Origin: Microbacteriaceae bacterium
GTDB taxonomy: Bacteria; Actinomycetota; Actinomycetes; Actinomycetales; Microbacteriaceae
NCBI GenBank assembly: GCA_965660355.1
Contig: CBFHZN010000003.1
Span: forward strand, 40,211 to 104,210
Length of the DNA stretch: 64,000 nucleotides
Direction of reading: 5' to 3'
The notes under the pieces were generated by a model. It was not told where the DNA came from, searched no databases, and saw only the letters and a list, made by a program, of their open reading frames with translations. Of the stretch, positions 62,791 through 64,000 are shown piece by piece. Within the stretch, counting starts at the first letter, position 1. The number at the start of each line of letters is the position of its first letter. A program made the translations under genes and the position numbers.

Positions 62791-63894
62791 TTAATCGGCT
62801 TTTAAATTGTTTATTTTAATATTAAATGCTAGTTCTTCAATTAGTATTTGAGTAGAAGAGCTATAAGAATATTCTCCTCTTAACAATATAACACCTTTTG
62901 AGTTTTTAGCCACGGCTCTCTTACGTTTTAAACTATCAGTTGTTTGTTCTGTTTCTATATCAAAACTAAAACCATTTACTTTTTCATAGCTTGTCGGAGA
63001 TTTTTCTCGATTTAAGGCATTTATTTGTTCAACTATTTCGGGATTTAAAGATTCTAACTCAGTAGAGTCTTTAACACATGATTGGATTTGAAAATCTAAT
63101 GATTCTAACAATTCTAATATTTTTGATAGTATACTTCTTAAAATAAAAAGAATAACAATTATCCCACCGTTTATATTTTTATACTTTTTTACTTGAGTAT
63201 CTAATTCTCCACCAATTAGGGAAGGTGCTGGGGGAGATGGGATAGGGATTAAAGGGATAGCTTTTAAAGAAATTTCAGTAGCTATTAATATTCCTTGCAG
63301 TATCCCTAAAGCTTTTAAAGTACTATCTATAACATTAAAAGTTATATTTAATTGTTTTACAAGCTTATTTCTCCTTTCTATAATCTTTTTTAATTTATTT
63401 TGATCAGGGCAAAAGTTTGGGGGTTTGTTCTTTTTAAGTAATGCTTCTGATATTTTAGAGATTCCAAAGTTTACTAATAGGGTTAAGATTATAGGTATTA
63501 AAGTATATTTTAAAGTTTTTATAAGATCTCTTAATTTCTTTTGTTGTAGTTGTTCAAAATTAGTATTTGAAAGGTTTAACTGGGTAATTTCTGGGGAGGT
63601 TAGGGGGAGTTGTTCGGTTATTTCTTCATCAAATCCTTCTTTTAAGGATTTTAATCTTATTACTCCTAAGTTTTCCCTTATTTCTCCTGATAGCCTGTAT
63701 ATTTTTTTTGTAGATTCACTAAATTCTGGGGATGATATTGTTATTGTGGGGAGTTGGGTTGGGGTGAATTGTAATGAAAATTCTCCCTCACTATTAGAGG
63801 TAGTTGTATTATCTCCATAGGAAATTATTACCCCCTTAAGTGGATTTTTTGATTTATCTACTACTACCCCATATATGATTTTTTCTTCACCCAT
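62791..63894 (-). CDS. Hypothetical tail/baseplate protein with N-terminal CarboxypepD_reg-like beta-sandwich and hydrophobic segments
   Basis: 367 aa. ..IYGVVVDKSKNPLKGVIISYGDNTTTSNSEGEFSL.. Two hydrophobic stretches (LIPIILTLLVNFGI, GGIIVILFILRSIL). Confidence 0.45.
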   Translation of the reverse strand: MGEEKIIYGVVVDKSKNPLKGVIISYGDNTTTSNSEGEFSLQFTPTQLPTITISSPEFSESTKKIYRLSGEIRENLGVIRLKSLKEGFDEEITEQLPLTSPEITQLNLSNTNFEQLQQKKLRDLIKTLKYTLIPIILTLLVNFGISKISEALLKKNKPPNFCPDQNKLKKIIERRNKLVKQLNITFNVIDSTLKALGILQGILIATEISLKAIPLIPIPSPPAPSLIGGELDTQVKKYKNINGGIIVILFILRSILSKILELLESLDFQIQSCVKDSTELESLNPEIVEQINALNREKSPTSYEKVNGFSFDIETEQTTDSLKRKRAVAKNSKGVILLRGEYSYSSSTQILIEELAFNIKINNLKAD

Positions 63895-64000
63895 TATATA
63901 GTTTTGCTAGTTTTAGATACAAATCTAGAGGTTTGTATTTTTGTTTTCATATTCTCCACTTGGGTTTTTAAAGAAGAGGCTGCAGTGTTAATGGGAGTAT
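63894..64000 (-). CDS. 3' end of an upstream gene (5' part beyond the window)
   Basis: The minus frame is open from the window edge to a TAA overlapping the next ATG (TAATG): ..TPINTAASSLKTQVENMKTKIQTSRFVSKTSKTI*. Confidence 0.4.
   Translation of the reverse strand, partial: TPINTAASSLKTQVENMKTKIQTSRFVSKTSKTI

Noticed and set aside
1-64000. CRISPR arrays, tRNA/rRNA genes, integrase/att sites, transposases, a reverse transcriptase/DGR near the fibre genes
   Set aside because: I saw no regularly spaced direct repeats, no GC-rich cloverleaf-like segments in the few intergenic gaps (7448..7558, 13360..13507, 23974..24165, 35259..35400), and no recombinase or RT motifs in any translated ORF. A proper tRNAscan/Infernal run would be needed to exclude small RNAs.

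Overview
Visibly AT-rich, very gene-dense segment of a contractile-tailed dsDNA phage genome. About 75 credible genes all lie on the minus strand. Every plus-strand ORF in the track overlaps a longer, recognisable minus-strand gene and looks like a shadow ORF. In transcription order (high to low coordinates) the window holds: (1) a baseplate/fibre module at 63.9-49.3 kb, with gp25-like and gp6/Baseplate_J-like proteins and several very large structural proteins; (2) a small replication/nucleotide block at 49.2-43.0 kb, with a GIY-YIG-like protein, DnaG-type primase, PD-(D/E)XK nuclease, P-loop kinase, a nucleotidyltransferase-HExxH fusion and an NT5C-type nucleotidase; (3) about 12 kb of mostly unknown small genes at 43.0-31.2 kb, including an FAD oxidoreductase and a NadR-type kinase; (4) a T4-like head module with TerL, portal, three core-like genes, gp21-type prohead protease, hyperacidic scaffold and gp23-like major capsid protein; (5) PhoH and gp13/gp14/gp15-like neck genes; (6) a receptor-binding cluster with three BspA-type LRR proteins, each followed by a small partner gene, two fibre proteins and a secreted membrane protein; (7) a C92 peptidase, two tandem tail-sheath paralogs, the tail tube, a candidate frameshifted tail chaperone and the 5' part of a tape-measure gene. 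I recognised no rRNA, tRNA, CRISPR array, integrase or transposase. Start codons lack Shine-Dalgarno sequences and signal peptides end in AQ/SQ. Together with the BspA-type LRRs, this suggests a Bacteroidota (Flavobacteriia-like) host, but that is inference only. The most interesting signals are: recurrent N-terminal leader peptides ending in L/I-x-E beside a gp21-type protease; a triplicated LRR-plus-small-gene cassette that includes a gp15-LRR fusion; duplicated sheath genes; a strand-specific intergenic 10-mer; a covarying hairpin pair; and a U7 frameshift candidate. All protein family calls rest on motif recognition from memory, not on searches.
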